The notes below the pieces were generated by a model. The model saw only the letters and a list, made by a program, of their open reading frames with translations, searched no databases and was not told where the DNA came from. The translations under genes and the position numbers were made by a program. This document shows, piece by piece, positions 11,483 to 27,060 of a DNA stretch of 64,000 nucleotides. How positions within the stretch are numbered: position 1 is the first letter of the stretch; every line of letters starts with the position of its first letter. The stretch covers positions 3,472,001 to 3,536,000 of the forward strand of contig OZ024755.1 of the NCBI GenBank assembly GCA_964016885.1. The letters are read 5' to 3'. Source of the stretch: Eledone cirrhosa. Lineage: Eukaryota.

Positions 11483-13384
11483 AGAGAGAGGGAGAGAGAG
11501 AGAGGTGTGGGTGGGTGAATAGATAGATAGGGAGAGAGAGGCAGAGAGAGAGAGAGAGAGAGAGGCAGAGAGAGAGGGGTGGATAGATAGATAGATTGAG
11601 AGAGAGAGTGACATACACAGAGAGACTGTGAGAGAGAGAGAGGGAGAGAGAGACATACAGAGAGACTGAGAGAGAGGGAGAGAGAATCATCGATAAATTT
11701 GACGGACGCGGTATTGTTTTCAATGAGAAATGTCCAACTTTTGAAAATGTATTGTAAAAGTTTATTTTCTTTTTCTTTCTTTTTCATGCGGCCTCCAAAA
11801 GAGAGCCTTTTCAATGTTGTATGCGGCCCAAAACAGTCACTACTACAAATATCACACAATAAAGGATTCTTTGATGTAAAAATGAATTTCTTCACAATCT
11901 TTCTGTCTTTTTTTTCTCCCCACTTTGCTTATTTGTTCGATAACTCGTTGGTATGACGTTTTATTTTATTTTATATTTATTTGTTGGCTTAATTTTATTT
12001 TTATCTTTTATTTTTTTATTTTTTATCTTTTTATATATTTATTTATATATATATATATTTTTTTCATCTTTTTACTATGCCGTCATTCCCCGAGTCTTTT
12101 GTTTTCATCTTTCTCTTTACATCCACTTCACAAATCAGCAAAGAATATATGGAATCTACATCGAGAGTTCTTTTGTCGCTGAAGAAGTGGAAAAAAAAAA
12201 AAAAAAAAAAAAAAAAACCTCCCCAAAACAAACAAACAACAACAACAACAAAAAAGAAAAAAGGAAGAAACAAGGAGAAAAAGGGAGAGAAAGAAAGCAA
12301 AAAAAAGGGAGAAAAGAAAAGAAAGAGAGAGAGAAACACGTCGCTGAAGAAGTGGAGAAAAAAAACACACACCCAGAAAAGCAACCCCCCCCACCCCCCC
12401 CCACCCCCAAACAAACAAACAACAAAAAGGAAGAAAAAGGGAGAGAAAGAAAAGAAAAGAAAAAAGAGAGAGAGAGAAACAAGTTGATCAACACTATGTC
12501 CGCTTGGCTGGTTTTTATATTTGTAGAAGCGTTATTCATATCTATAAATTCAGCAGCTCTGCTACCATGATTGGTGTAGGCCTGATGGAGTCTTTTCCTT
12601 CTCGCATTATTATTCGAGAACGATGAACGCACAGCAGAAAAACATTAACACGATAGCAAGGTGAAGCGAAATTAATGCGCGCTTTGCCCGCCAATAGCTT
12701 TCAGCTTTTCATTGGAGCGAGGACATTACTGGCTAAATTTAGGTGTGGATTGTAGATGGTAGAACGGTTGGAGGTGAAGATGGTGATGGAGGAGGGGATG
12801 GAGAAGATGGAGGAGGGGATGGAGATGGAGAAGGAGAAGAAGAAGGAGAGGAAGAAGATGGAGATGAAGGAGAAGAAGTAGAGGAGGAAGGAGATGGAGA
12901 AGGAGAAGAAGAAGGAGAGGGAGAAGATGGAGATGAAGGAGAAGAAGTAGAGGAGGAAGGAGATGGAGAAGGAGAAGAAGAAGGAGAGGAAGAAGATGGA
13001 GATGAAGGAGAAGAAGTAGAGGAGGAAGGAGATGGAGAAGGAGAAGAAGAAGGAGAGGGAGAAGATGGAGATGAAGGAGAAGAAGGAGAGGAGGAAGGAG
13101 AAGAAGAATAAGGAGAAGAAGAAGGAGAAGAAGGAGAGGAGGAAGGAGAGGAAGAAGAAAGTGGTGGCGGCGGTGGTGGTGGTGTGTGGCTGGTGAATGA
13201 ATGGATTTATGTGTGGGGTTGGGTGGGAGGGCTGTTTTATTTATTTATTTGTGTTTTCCAGATATTCTAAATGGCTGCTGTCTTTGCTTTTCCATCAGTT
13301 GTGAGTTTTAGCTGTTTTGTGGTAACTTTTCCTCATTAACACCCCTCCTCCTCCTCCTCCTCCTCCTCCTCCTCCTCCTCCTCC

Positions 13385-13434
<50 letters not shown>

Positions 13435-13987
13435 TCCTTCTTCCTCGCCATCACCCCCCCATCATCGACATAATTATTATCATTGTTGTTGTTGACGTTG
13501 TTGTTGGTATTGTTCTTATTGCTGTTGTTCTTGTTATTGTTGCTGTTGTTGTTGTTGGTGTTGTTGGTGTTGGTGTTGCTGTTGTTGGTGTTGTTATTGT
13601 TGCTGTTGTTCTTGTTATTGTTGCTGTTGTTATTGTTGCTGTTGTTATTGTTGCTGCTGTTGTTGTTGGTGTTGTTGGTGTTGGTGTTGCTGTTGTTGGT
13701 GTTGTTATTGTTACTGTTGTTATTGCTGCTGCTGTTGTTGGTGTTGGTGTTGAAGTTGTTGTTGCTGCTGCTGCTATTGTATAGTTTTAACGGTGAAGTT
13801 ACTGTTGCTGCTGCTGCTGGTGCTGTTGTTGTTAGCTACTTTCACTTCTGTAAATGATACCAGTGATGACATCATCATTACCATCATCATCATTGTCATA
13901 ATCATCACCATCATCGTGATCATCGTCATCACCACCACCATCATATATATATATATATATATGTATCTCTCTCTCTCTCTCTCTCTC

Positions 13988-14189
13988 TAACGAAGGAAAT
14001 GTGGTAAGGAACCAGATGGACCATAACGCACCAAAGTACTCAATACTTAGGGCAGTAGAGTGTGTAATAGGAACAAGTATGACCCCGACGGCAGAGCTCA
14101 AGCCGTTTCGACGGCTAATTCTGGATTTAGTCCAGAATTAGCCGTCGAAACGGCTTGAGCTCTGCCGTTGGGGTCATACTTGTTCCTAT
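13988..14189. mobile_element. (TA)n-embedded fold-back element, family P1 (79-nt tail plus 59-bp-arm palindrome) with the 3' half of a hammerhead motif
   Basis: Arms 14067-14125 and 14131-14189 (one mismatch, 5-nt loop). Contains GAAA-CGGC(ttgagctct)GCCG-TC-GGGGTC. Relatives at 27472-27551, 28585-28703 and ~52254-52283. Confidence 0.8.
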
Positions 14190-14241
14190 ATATATATATA
14201 TATATAATATAAAATCAAAAGATGGTTAAAAGAGTTCCATG

Positions 14242-14312
14242 TATTTTATTATGCGGATTTCAAAAACAAATATCATCATGGGATGATACTTGCGTTCTCA
14301 TCAGATAAAATA
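14242..14312 (-). ncRNA. Type I minimal hammerhead ribozyme motif (family P2 cassette ~14203-14360)
   Basis: TATTTTAT-CTGATGA-[16-bp stem II]-GAAA-TCCGCA-TA-ATAAAATA. Stem III carries one change relative to the palindromic TGCGCA at 27305. Confidence 0.75.
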
Positions 14313-15030
14313 GGGAGACATGCTATGAAGCTTAAAAAACACTTGCGAGCAGTGAAGTGTCATATATATATATATATAGCTTCCTCCAAGAGGTGGCGGC
14401 GGTGGGGAAGACGAAAGTGTCATATATATATATATACAGCTTCCTACTGGAGGTGGAGGTGGTGGGGAAGACGAAAAAAAACACCATCACCATCATCACC
14501 ATCACCATCATATACAGCTTCCTCCAAGAGGTGGTGGCGGTGGTGAAAGAGAAGAAATATATAATTACGAGTCTAGAGAATATTTGTACGATCTGACATG
14601 ACAGTACTGGTTCTGTCCTTTCCTTCATTTCAACACACAACTCCCTCCACCTCCCCTATCCCCCAGCACCACCCTCCCCGTATCCCTCCCCCTCCCTTTA
14701 CCTTATTACGACTTTTTCTTTTCATCCTCCATTTTTATATTTTTTGTTTATTTATTTTTATTGTTTTCTGTTCCTGTTTTTTGGGGTTTTCTTTTTCTGT
14801 ATTTCTTCATTCACCACATTCACTTTCTTTCTTTTCTTCTCTTTTCTTTTCTTTCTTTTTTTCTTTCTTTCTTTTTTTTTGTCTCTTTCTCTCTGTGTCT
14901 CTCTTTCTCTATCTCTCCCCCTCTCCTCCCTCTCAACCATCTCCCCCTCTCCCCCTCTCTCTCTAACTTACATTCTCATTGCCCAAATCTTTCCCCACAC
15001 CGTTTCACGTTGTATTAAAAGTTCTCTCTC

Positions 15031-15103
<73 letters not shown>

Positions 15104-15743
15104 TCATCACTATCACCACGACACCACCACCACCAACATAAACACCCACACCAACACCCACCCAATAGAAACATCACCACCGCCACCAACAACAAAAACA
15201 ACACCATCACAACCAACACCACCACCAACACCCACACCATGACCACTAACATCCACAACACCACCACCACCAAGAACACCCACCCCAATACCACCACCAA
15301 TACAACCACCACCACCACCACCAATACAACCACGACCACACCACCACCACCAACACTACCACCACCAATACCAATACAACCACCACCACACCATCACCAC
15401 ACCACCACCATAACCACCACACTACCACCACCACCACCACCACCACCACCAACACCACCACCACCACCACCAATACACCTACACCACCACCACCAACATC
15501 ACCACCACACCACCACCACCAATACACCACCACCACCACCACCACCACCACCACCACCACCACCACCAATACAAACACCTCCACCACCACCACCACCACA
15601 CCACCACCACCAATACTACCACCACCACACACCACACCACACCACCACCACCACCACCACCACCACAACCACCACACCACTACACCACCACCACCACACC
15701 ACCGCCACCACCACCAATACAAACACCAGTACAAAACACCACC

Positions 15744-15776
<33 letters not shown>

Positions 15777-16196
15777 CCACCACCACCACCGTCTTTCAAA
15801 CCACCATCCTGTGATAATCGTCATATTTTTATAGCTATAATGAAGGCGATCCTTTACTGCTCATAACTCTCCTTTTGAACAGCACAATTCCCTGACCTCC
15901 CTCACCTTGATGCTACATTAGCAGAGTCGCTATTGAGAAGCACGCATACAAGAATTAAAACACTCAATGAAGGCTCTACTATCTATATGTGTGTGTGTAT
16001 GTGTATGTGTGTGTGTGTGTGTATGTGCGTATGTGTGTATGTGTATGTGTGTGTGTATGTGTGTGTGTGTGAGTGTGTGAGTGTGTGCGTTTATATATAT
16101 ATATATACACAAAAATATTTATATATATATGTATATATATATATATATATATGCATATATACATATATATAAATATGTATATATGTATATATATAA

Positions 16197-16264
<68 letters not shown>

Positions 16265-16366
16265 TTTGTGTTTGTGTGTATGTGTGTGTGTAATATATAT
16301 GTATGTATATATATGCATATGTATATATATATATGTATATGTATATATATGTATATATATGTCCCC

Positions 16367-16421
<55 letters not shown>

Positions 16422-16507
16422 CATACATATACACATATATATATATATATATATATAGATATATATATATACATATATACATATATACACATACATATAT
16501 ACATATA

Positions 16508-16539
<32 letters not shown>

Positions 16540-16550
16540 CATATATATAC

Positions 16551-16581
<31 letters not shown>

Positions 16582-16756
16582 CAATATATATATATATACA
16601 TATATATATATACATATATATATATACAATATATATATATATGTATATATATTGTGTATGTGAGTGTCTGTATGTACATACGTATGTGTCTATGCGTGTA
16701 TGTATACATATGTTATAGATATATGTGTATGTATTGTGTGTGTACGTACGTATGTA

Positions 16757-16835
<79 letters not shown>

Positions 16836-16889
16836 TAGATGTACTTGTGAGTGTCTATATATTTGGGTTTGTTTGTTTTTCTACACTTG

Positions 16890-16928
<39 letters not shown>

Positions 16929-17008
16929 CCTTGTCTCCTTCAATCTTCCTTTGTGTATCTATCAATCTACCCCACACCCCTACACCTATTACACACGCAC
17001 ACACACAG

Positions 17009-17061
<53 letters not shown>

Positions 17062-17089
17062 CATATATGTATATATATATATACATATA

Positions 17090-17162
<73 letters not shown>

Positions 17163-17184
17163 GGAGAGAGATAGATACATATAT

Positions 17185-17259
<75 letters not shown>

Positions 17260-17260
17260 G

Positions 17261-17304
<44 letters not shown>

Positions 17305-17384
17305 CCTACCCCCCACTCTCCTGAGCGTGAATTTAATAAACATTTATTGTACTGCCTCTCTGTTCTGTCCCTGTTCAATTTTTC

Positions 17385-17487
<103 letters not shown>

Positions 17488-17498
17488 TATATAGATAT

Positions 17499-17601
<103 letters not shown>

Positions 17602-17642
17602 ATAGATATACATATATATATATACATATACATATATATATA

Positions 17643-17693
<51 letters not shown>

Positions 17694-17701
17694 ATAGATA
17701 T

Positions 17702-17770
<69 letters not shown>

Positions 17771-17772
17771 TG

Positions 17773-17805
<33 letters not shown>

Positions 17806-17832
17806 ATATACATATACATATATATATATATT

Positions 17833-17864
<32 letters not shown>

Positions 17865-18084
17865 CACACACGTATATATATAAACAACTCTGACAGATGT
17901 CCAAAAGGAAGAAGAGGTCAACATCCTTGTCCTCGTTGAAGTCGCAGGTTTTACATCAGAGTTTTTCATCTTCTAGAATAATGTCCTCACAAGAACTAGG
18001 ACTCGCTCACTCCTGGTCAGCTATCCACGCGCAATGGTTAAAAAGTTGGCAATTCTGAACCAGAACTGACGGAGTTCCAATGGA

Positions 18085-18377
18085 GTGTGTGTGGGCGGGA
18101 ACGTGTGAGGGCATGCGACTGTTTGTGTGTGTGGGCGGGGAACATGTGAGGGTATGCGACTGTTTGTGTGTGTGGGCGGGGAACATGTGAGGGTATGCGA
18201 CTGTTTGTGTGTGTGGGCGGGGAACATGTGAGGGTATGCGACTGTTTGTGTGTGTGGGCGGGGAACATGTGAGGGTATGCGACTGTTTGTGTGTGTGGGC
18301 GGGGAACATGTGAGGGTATGCGACTGTTTGTGTGTGTGGGCGGGGAACATGTGAGGGTATGCGACTGTTTGTGTGTG
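18085..18377. repeat. 41-bp minisatellite, ~7 copies
   Basis: Unit GTGTGTGTGGGCGGGGAACATGTGAGGGTATGCGACTGTTT. Confidence 0.95.
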
Positions 18378-18688
18378 TTTCTTTATGTAGAGATGTTTTG
18401 TGCATGAAAATCAATATGTGCGAGTCTTGTTGGTTTCATTTTGGATTTACATATCTGTACAAACATAATACAGGATTCCTTTCAGGAAGAGAAAAAAAAT
18501 ATATATATATAGCTTTGTTATTGAGTCTTGATATACACACCTCCCAAAGGAAAATACACACACACATATGCACACATGCACACATGCACACATGCACATA
18601 TGCTCACACATATAAATGTACACACACATACACATATATATATATATATAAGTACACACACATACACATATATATACATATTTATATT

Positions 18689-18720
<32 letters not shown>

Positions 18721-19525
18721 GATCTTGTTTCGTACTTAATAATACACACATAAATACAATCATACATATATACATACATTCATAAATACAATCACACATA
18801 CATACATACATACATACATACATACATACATACATACATACATACATACATACATACATACATACATACATACATACATACGTCTCCATGTATGCAAACA
18901 TGCATACATATCTACCTAGTTGATGTTGTGTAAATTTCAATGAGAGAGTCTTGTAACTATGTTAGAAACCGACTCTCTCTCTATTGGCAAAAAATTTGTG
19001 AAATTATAAAACCAGAAGAACATACATACATACATACATATATCTTTATAATACTAAAATGTTCCTGTTTATATCTTTGTCTGTGCCAGAGATGAAACCC
19101 AAATAGTCCATTCTACAGGCAAAATGTTTTGATAGGTGTTTTCTTAAAAACATGGGATTTAGAATAAAATAATTTGCAATATATATATATATATTGTCTT
19201 GTCTTACTCCACAGACAGCACTTTAGCTTGTGTCAAACACTGTGACCCCGGTTGGTCCAGCAGCACCGTTTGTAGGGGGTCGAAACTGCCAATGTCCATC
19301 TGAACGGCTGAAAACCCTGGAGTTCTGTGCTTTTTGTTTGTATTTTTATTAAAAAAATTTTTTTTAACGTTTTCAAAAAATTTTCTTTCGTTTTGCCTTG
19401 TCTTCGTTCGTTGTCTTATCTTCTCTTTGTTAATTTTCCTAAGTTTATATATATATATATATGTCCTAGGGCTCTGATACCATCAACACCATAAACACAG
19501 AGCTGGCATATCTAAGAACTGACTA

Positions 19526-19575
19526 ACTGCCTGATGAGGTCATTCAATGGCTATCATCGAAATATATATAGCAGT
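19526..19575 (+). ncRNA. Type I minimal hammerhead ribozyme motif in a (TA)n-flanked cassette (~19463-19620)
   Basis: ACTGC-CTGATGA-G(gtcattcaatggctatcat)C-GAAA-TATATA-TA-GCAGT: 5-bp stem I, intact core, palindromic stem III, AUA cleavage triplet. Confidence 0.8.
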
Positions 19576-19616
19576 AAATAAAGGATTATGAGTTCATGCA
19601 ATTGACTTATGTTTCG

Positions 19617-19727
<111 letters not shown>

Positions 19728-19801
19728 CAGACTATAAATGTTTTAATATAGAAGAGCTTCTTAATATAGAAGAGCTTCTTTCATTCGTGAGAAATCATCA
19801 G

Positions 19802-19880
<79 letters not shown>

Positions 19881-20476
19881 CATAATAAAATTAAAAAATA
19901 TAGTCACCTCAAGGCAGATAACAATAAATAATAATAAATAATAACATCAACAACAAACAACAACAATAATAACAATCAACAACAAACAACAACAACATCA
20001 ATAATAATACACGTGGACACACACACAAACTCAAACACAACGAATTATTTCATAAAGGAAAATAATGCAAGAAATTATGAATGTTTCAAAACACCTGCCT
20101 ACTCACACATAACTTATGTGGAATATAAAGGATATTATAAAAAGTGAATTGAAGTGAATATCTCGTGGCTGAAGTAGTTGACAGGGTCATGGTAATGAAA
20201 GCAATGTGGTTTTACCCACCCTTTTCCTCATTCTGTGGTAACACTATAAAACACTCATATAAATTATTGGACCATTCTCCTTCTACTTCCACTCTTTCAC
20301 TCTCTCTTCTTCTTCTCCTTCTTTTCTATACCCCCCTCCCCTAAGGTATCATTTCTTTTCCTCTCATTTTACACAATCCCCCACATCTCCCGACCTCTTC
20401 TTCTAGGATCTATCTACCTGTCTGTCTGTCTGTCTCAGCCTGTTTGTTTGTCTGTCCGTCACTCTATCTGTCTGAC

Positions 20477-20514
<38 letters not shown>

Positions 20515-20569
20515 CCATCATCACTATCATCATCATCATCATCATCACCATCACCACCACCATCATCAC

Positions 20570-20616
<47 letters not shown>

Positions 20617-20799
20617 ACCTCACCATCATCACCACCATCATCATCATCATCACCACCATCATCATCACCACCATCACCATCATCATCATCATCATCATTT
20701 CATTCTCATCATCTACATCATCATCTTCTTGTGTGTGTATACTGGTTTCAGCCATTCGGGTGTGGCCATACTGGGGCATCATCATAATACACACACACA

Positions 20800-20862
<63 letters not shown>

Positions 20863-21043
20863 TTTATTTAATTATGTCTCATATAAAACAATACAACCAG
20901 GTATCCACGGAATACTATAGTTAGCACCCCAAACACATAATTAAGATTATACTCAGGTATATCCTAATGTTTGTTGAGTGAGATGGAGTTGGTCGGAGTG
21001 TCGCTTAAGGCTTTCTCTGTTAATGTATTAAATATATATATAG

Positions 21044-21150
<107 letters not shown>

Positions 21151-21267
21151 TGATCTATTTACAGGTATGTTTTAAGTAAACAGAGTTTTACCGTCGCTAT
21201 GAGAAGAGATAGCTGCAACGAGACTTTTTTTCACTCTAATTAATACACATATCTACGTATGTATGTA

Positions 21268-21344
<77 letters not shown>

Positions 21345-21585
21345 GAATACATATATATACGCACACATACACATACATGCATACATACATAGATACATAC
21401 ATATATATATATACATACATTTATATATATATATATATATATACACACACATACATGCATACATATATATATACTTATATATATATATATATGCATATAC
21501 ATACACACACACATATATATACATATATACATACACATTCACACACATACACACATACATATACAATATACATACATACATCGAT

Positions 21586-21685
<100 letters not shown>

Positions 21686-22369
21686 ACACACAGACACACA
21701 CACACACACACATATAACTATAACTACATACATGTGTGTGTGTGTCTGTGTGTGAGAGTACCATGTACGGGTGCACGTGTTATCTTTGTGGGAATTGACG
21801 GCTTTAAATTAATAATGTTTTATGGTAACAAACATTTACATGAGAAAGGACATTAAAACACACCATACATACACATATATACATATACACACACATACAT
21901 ACACATATATACATACACACACACATACATACGCACATATACACATATATACATACACACATACATACACATATATACATACACACATACATACATACGC
22001 ATATATACACATAGACATATATACATACAAACACATACATATATACATATATACATATGTACATACATACACATACATACAAACATACATACGTATGTAT
22101 ACACATAGATATATATACATATACGCATATACATATATACGCATATATACATACACACATACATACAAACATACATACGTATATATACACATAGACATAC
22201 ATACAAACACATACATACATATATATATACATACATATATATATACATACATATGTACATACATACATATACACAAATACAGATATATATACATATACAC
22301 AAATACAGATATACATACATATACACACACATATATATATATACGTATATACGCATATATATACATACA

Positions 22370-22677
22370 TATTCAAGCAGGGGTTGGATTTAGATCCTAG
22401 GGTCCCGGGGCGCTTCAGGTTTTTGTATGAGGGGTCCCAAAACCTGAAGTGCCCCTCATACACAATAAATTAGAATACACAGCAAACCTCATCAATATAC
22501 ATACATATACACACATATATATATATACGTATATACGCATATATATATATACGTATATACGCATATATATATACATACATATTCAAGCAGGGGTTGGATT
22601 TAGATCCTGGGGTCCCGGGGCACATCAGGTGTGGGGAGCCCCTCATACACAATAAATTAGAATACACAGCAAACCCC
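22370..22677. repeat. Locally duplicated ~100-120 bp segment starting CAGGGGTTGGATTTAG (possible DNA-transposon end)
   Basis: ATTCAAGCAGGGGTTGGATTTAGATCCT.GGGTCCCGGGGC..CCCCTCATACACAATAAATTAGAATACACAGCAAACC occurs at ~22371 and ~22581. Confidence 0.6.
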
Positions 22678-23459
22678 TAATTTTACATATCAAAGTTAGC
22701 TTGGTGCAAGTAATAGGAATTGAAAAGTTATACATACGGGTATTAAATTAAAACATTCTAACCACCCTAAAAGTAAAAAGCCCAGCTGAGGGCACAAATA
22801 TATTGCTATGGCCGTCGCTGGTGGGGTCCCCCAAACCTGTACCTGGCTCACATGTCACTCTGCCAACTAAACAGGAAAACCTTGTTGGCCATGAAGTCCT
22901 CCAATATCAGACATCAACGAGTCTTTAGTATTGTGAAGGCGTATGGCTTAGTGGTTAGAGCATTGGACTTGCAATGGAAAGGTTGTGAGTTCCACGACGT
23001 GGATAGAAGACAGTGGACAATTTCACCAAATACTTGACCTGGCACACTTACTACTACTACCACTACTACTGCTGCTGCTACTATTACTACTACTACTGCT
23101 ACTACTACTACTATTATTTTTTAAAATTATTATAATTGCTTTTACCATCTCAGAATGCACGCGCACACACACACAGACACACACACGTGCGCGTGTTATA
23201 TTGTATACACAACGTCTTCACTGTAACAAAAATGTAGGGGTGCCTGTATATTTGATGATATCAACCCCAATACTTGACTTGTACTTATTTTACCAGTAAA
23301 TCCTGTTTTATTTTAATCCCAACACTCCTGGTAGAGCCGTAGGGGCGTTGCAGTGATGATATATGCATTTCTTGGCCATTTTGTTTAAACTTGGCGGAGC
23401 ACATCTCTTTCTCTGCAGGTCTGTTTACGGTCAATTGCTTCCCAAGTAAAGAAAGGAAA

Positions 23460-23820
23460 AGTTGAGGCGCGTGACCTTGTGGTAAGGGTGTTGGACATAC
23501 GTTCATTATATCGTGGGTTTGATTCCTGGACTGGGTTGTGTTCTGTGAGAGCTGCGTGGCCTTGTATTAAGGGTGTTGGACATACTATCATAATGTGGTG
23601 GGTTTGATTCCTGGACTGGGCTGTGTGTTGTGTTCTTGAGCAAAACACTTCATTTCACGTTGCTACAGTATACTCAGCTGAAAAGGAGTACCAGTAATAG
23701 CCGGGGTTTAAATGTGCGATGGACTGGTGTCCTGTCTAAGGGAGAGTCTTGTACTCTCAATCGATTCACGTCACGAAACTGGGATATTCCCCGGTCAGAT
23801 GAGACTCCGGGCTTGAGATA
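23460..23820 (+). mobile_element. tRNA-derived SINE family B with duplicated head
   Basis: Two tRNA-like heads (..GGGTTTGATTCCTGGACTGGG), then GTGTTCTTGAGCAAAACACTTCATTTCAC and TGCGATGGACTGGTGTCCTGTC, which resemble CORE/V-type SINE bodies. Confidence 0.7.
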
Positions 23821-23827
23821 AACAATA

Positions 23828-24250
23828 ATAATTGTTTCTACTTTTGGCACAAGGAAAGCAATTATCGCAGTGTATTACTGGTACTTTATTTTATCGACCT
23901 CCGTAAGGATGAAAGGCAAAGTTAACCACGGCGGGATTTGAATCCAGAATGGCAAGGGCCGTAACCCTATTTGCCAAAGCATGGCGTCCGACCCTCTACC
24001 GATACTGCCACCCCACCGCCCTATAATAATGATTTCTAGCATAGGCACAAGGCCAGTAATTTGGTGGAGGGAAAAGTCGATTAAATCAACCATAGTACAT
24101 TACTGGTACTTTAAATTGTTATCGATCCCGTAAGGATGAAAGGCAAAGTTAACCTCGGCGGGATTTGAACTCAGACCGTAAAGGGCCGTAACTCTATGTT
24201 TCAAAGCATGGTGTCCGACTCTCTACCGATACTGCTAATCCACCGCCCTA
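23828..24250 (-). mobile_element. Two tandem SINE family A copies
   Basis: The reverse-complement SINE core occurs twice (cores at ~23878 and ~24102). Each copy ends CCACCGCCCTATAATAAT on the + strand. Confidence 0.85.
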
Positions 24251-25017
24251 TAATAATAATGGTTTCTTACATTAAAAAATGATAATACATATAATGAGTT
24301 TCCTCGACCGCACAATAACGATAAAAGGCGATAGAAGGCAATGAAAGAACAAGAGATGAGCTTCAATAACTGTAATAACAATAACAGTAATTAAAATGAA
24401 AAGAAAAGAAAAATAAAATAAAAAATAAAAATCAAAGAAAAAAAAACGTAAAAAAACCCCCAACAAAATTTAAAAGAGTAAATTGTGACACGTACAGAAA
24501 ATAAGGGAGAGAGATGAATGACGGGAAGGAACCCCCCCCCCCCCAAAAAAAAAAAGAAATACACCCCCAAAAAACAAACAAAAATAAATAAATAGATGAA
24601 TGAATAAATAAAGAGTAGTGGGAGGGAGGAGAAGGAGGAGGTGAGAGTTACGGTAGTAGGAGAAATACAGGGGAAAGAATGTGGGAGAAAAAGAAAAGAA
24701 CAGAAAAAAGAAGAGAAGAGAGGGAGAGGGAGAGTAGAGAGTGGGAGAGTAGAGAGAGAGAGAGGAGAGAGAGGGAGAGAGGGAGAGGAGCAGTAGTAAA
24801 TGTCTTTGTGAATGTGCGGCGGCGAAATGGGTGTAGCTGATTGCTCGATGATGCTTGAAGGGAGGTGAAAGGTCAAAGTAATTCTTGCAACCATTTTTAG
24901 ATGCGAGAGACACGTGTGCAGAGCACGTGCGTTGATTTCGTAGGTAAAATGGCGAGGATTTTTATTTTCATTTTATTATTTTGACACCAGTATAGTCGGT
25001 GATGTCAGGCGTGGAAG

Positions 25018-25830
25018 TGGTAGAGTGGTTAGAACGTCAGATATAATGGTAGAGTGGTTAGAACGTCAGATAGAATGGTAGAGTGGTTAGAACGTCAGAT
25101 ATAATGGTAGAGTGGTTAGAACGTCAGATAGAATGGTAGAGTGGTTAGAACGTCAGATAGAATGGTAGAGTGGTTAGAACGTCAGATATAATGGTAGAGT
25201 GGTTAGAACGTCAGATAGAATGGTAGAGTGGTTAGAACGTCAGATAGAATGGTAGAGTGGTTAGAACGTCAGATAGAATGGTAGAGTGGTTACAACGTCA
25301 GATAGAATGGTAGAGTGGTTAGAACGTCAGATAGAATGGTAGAGTTGTAAGAACGTCAGATAGAAGGGTAGAGTGGTTAGAACGTCAGATAGAATGGTAG
25401 AGTGGTTAGAACGTCAGATAGAATGGTAGAGTGGTTAGAACGTCAGATAGAATGGTAGAGTGGTTACAACGTCAGATAGAATGGTAGAGTGGTTAGAACG
25501 TCAGATAGAATGGTAGAGTGGTTAGAACGTCAGATAGAATGGTAGAGTGGTTAGAACGTCAGATAGAATGGTAGAGTGGTTAGAACGTCAGATAGAATGG
25601 TAGAGTGGTTACAACGTCAGATAGAATGGTAGAGTCGTTAGAACGTCAGAGAGAATGGTAGAGTGGTTAGAACGTCAGATAGAATGGTAGAGTGGTTAGA
25701 ACGTCAGATAGAATGGTAGAGTGGTTAGAACATCAGATAGAATGGTAGAGTTGTTAGAATGTCAGATAGAATGGTAGAGTTGTTAGAACGTCAGATAGAA
25801 TGGTAGAGTGGTTAGAACGTCAGATAGAAT
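25018..25830 (+). repeat. 29-bp minisatellite (~28 copies) derived from a SINE/tRNA A-box region
   Basis: Unit TGGTAGAGTGGTTAGAACGTCAGATAGAA, preceded by AGGCGTGGAAG. Compare the SINE head AGGCGGTAACATGGCAGAGTCGTTAGAAC..GGATAGAAT at 8157. Confidence 0.9.
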
Positions 25831-25875
25831 GTGATCTTGATCTCAAACTCCCAAAATAACTCTACTCCCCAACCC

Positions 25876-25962
<87 letters not shown>

Positions 25963-26209
25963 ACATACACACAAACACGTGTACATACGTGTGCATGTAT
26001 ATATATTTGTCAGTGCATGTGTATGCGAGGGAGGGGGGTACGACATGTACCTTGCTATATCTGTCTTAGGAAGCTCATAAATATAGCTTCAGCATGTAGA
26101 AATGTTAAAACCGGGCTTCGCTTCGGTACATTTCTTAATAATCAAGTTGACAAGTTTAAAGCTGTTATAGGAATGTTAAAATATGAGCAGATTAAATACT
26201 GTATATATA

Positions 26210-26845
26210 TGAGAGAGGGGGGAAATTGTGAGAAAGAGGGAGGTATGTAGTGGTATAGAGTGAGGGGGAGAGAGTTTGTTGGTTTACTGAGAGAGTGGGA
26301 ATTGTGAGAGAGAGGGAGGTACGTAGTGGGTTATAGAGAGGGATGAGAATTTATTAGCCAAGTGAGAGAGGGGCGAGTTAAGAGAGTGAAAGAGAGTGAG
26401 GTATGTAGTGGAATATAAAGAGGGGAGGATTTGGTGGCCTAGTCTACTGAGAGAGGGGGAATTGTGGAAGAGTGTGTTGTATGCAGTGAGGTATAGAGAA
26501 GGGGAGAGAATTTGGTAGTTTAGTGAGAGAGGGGGTATTGTGAAAGTGAGAGAGAGTGAGATATTTAGTGGAATATAGTGAGGAGGAGAGAGTTTGTTGG
26601 TTTACTGAGAGAGGGTGAATTTTGAGAGAGTGTGTTATATGTAATGAGATAGTATTTAGCGAGTGAGAGAGAGTGAGGTATGTAGTTGAATATAGTGAGG
26701 GGAGAGAATTTGGTGGTATAGTGAGAGAGGGGGAATTGTGAGAGCGAGTGAGGTATGTAGTGGGATATAGAGAGGGGGAGATAGATTAGTGTTCTAGTCA
26801 GAGAGGGGGAATTAATGGAGAGCGAGGTATGTAGTGGTATAGAGT
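26210..26845. repeat. Old degenerate GA-rich tandem repeat (unit roughly 65-75 bp)
   Basis: Recurring GAGAGAGGGGGAATTGTGAGAG..GAGGTATGTAGTGG..ATAGAGAGGGGAGAG..TTTGGTGG. Confidence 0.75.
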
Positions 26846-27060
26846 ATTTCAGAAATATGTATAATTAAATATAATTGATCACAAGAATATCTATTTTGTT
26901 AATATTTTGAGTTAATATTAATAACTCTGGAAAACCTATCAGTTGAGTGCTTCCAATCTATTGTAAAACTCATTCTTTGATGTATTCATTGAACCTTGTT
27001 TAACTTTTAAATATATATATACATAATATAAGATCAAAAGATGGTTAAAAGAGTTCCAAG

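Noticed and set aside
12743-13160. Acidic Glu/Gly-rich ORF
   Set aside because: GGA/GAA-derived repeat with ~78-bp periodicity, GTG start and no supporting gene structure.
19236-19296. CTGTGACCCC...GGGGTCGAAAC in a (TA)n-flanked island
   Set aside because: The core is incomplete and there is no convincing stem III/NUH. Only the island itself is noted.
22935-23000. tRNA-like sequence GGCGTATGGCTTAGTGGTTAGAGC...
   Set aside because: There is no complete T arm or acceptor stem. Best explained as a truncated SINE family B head.
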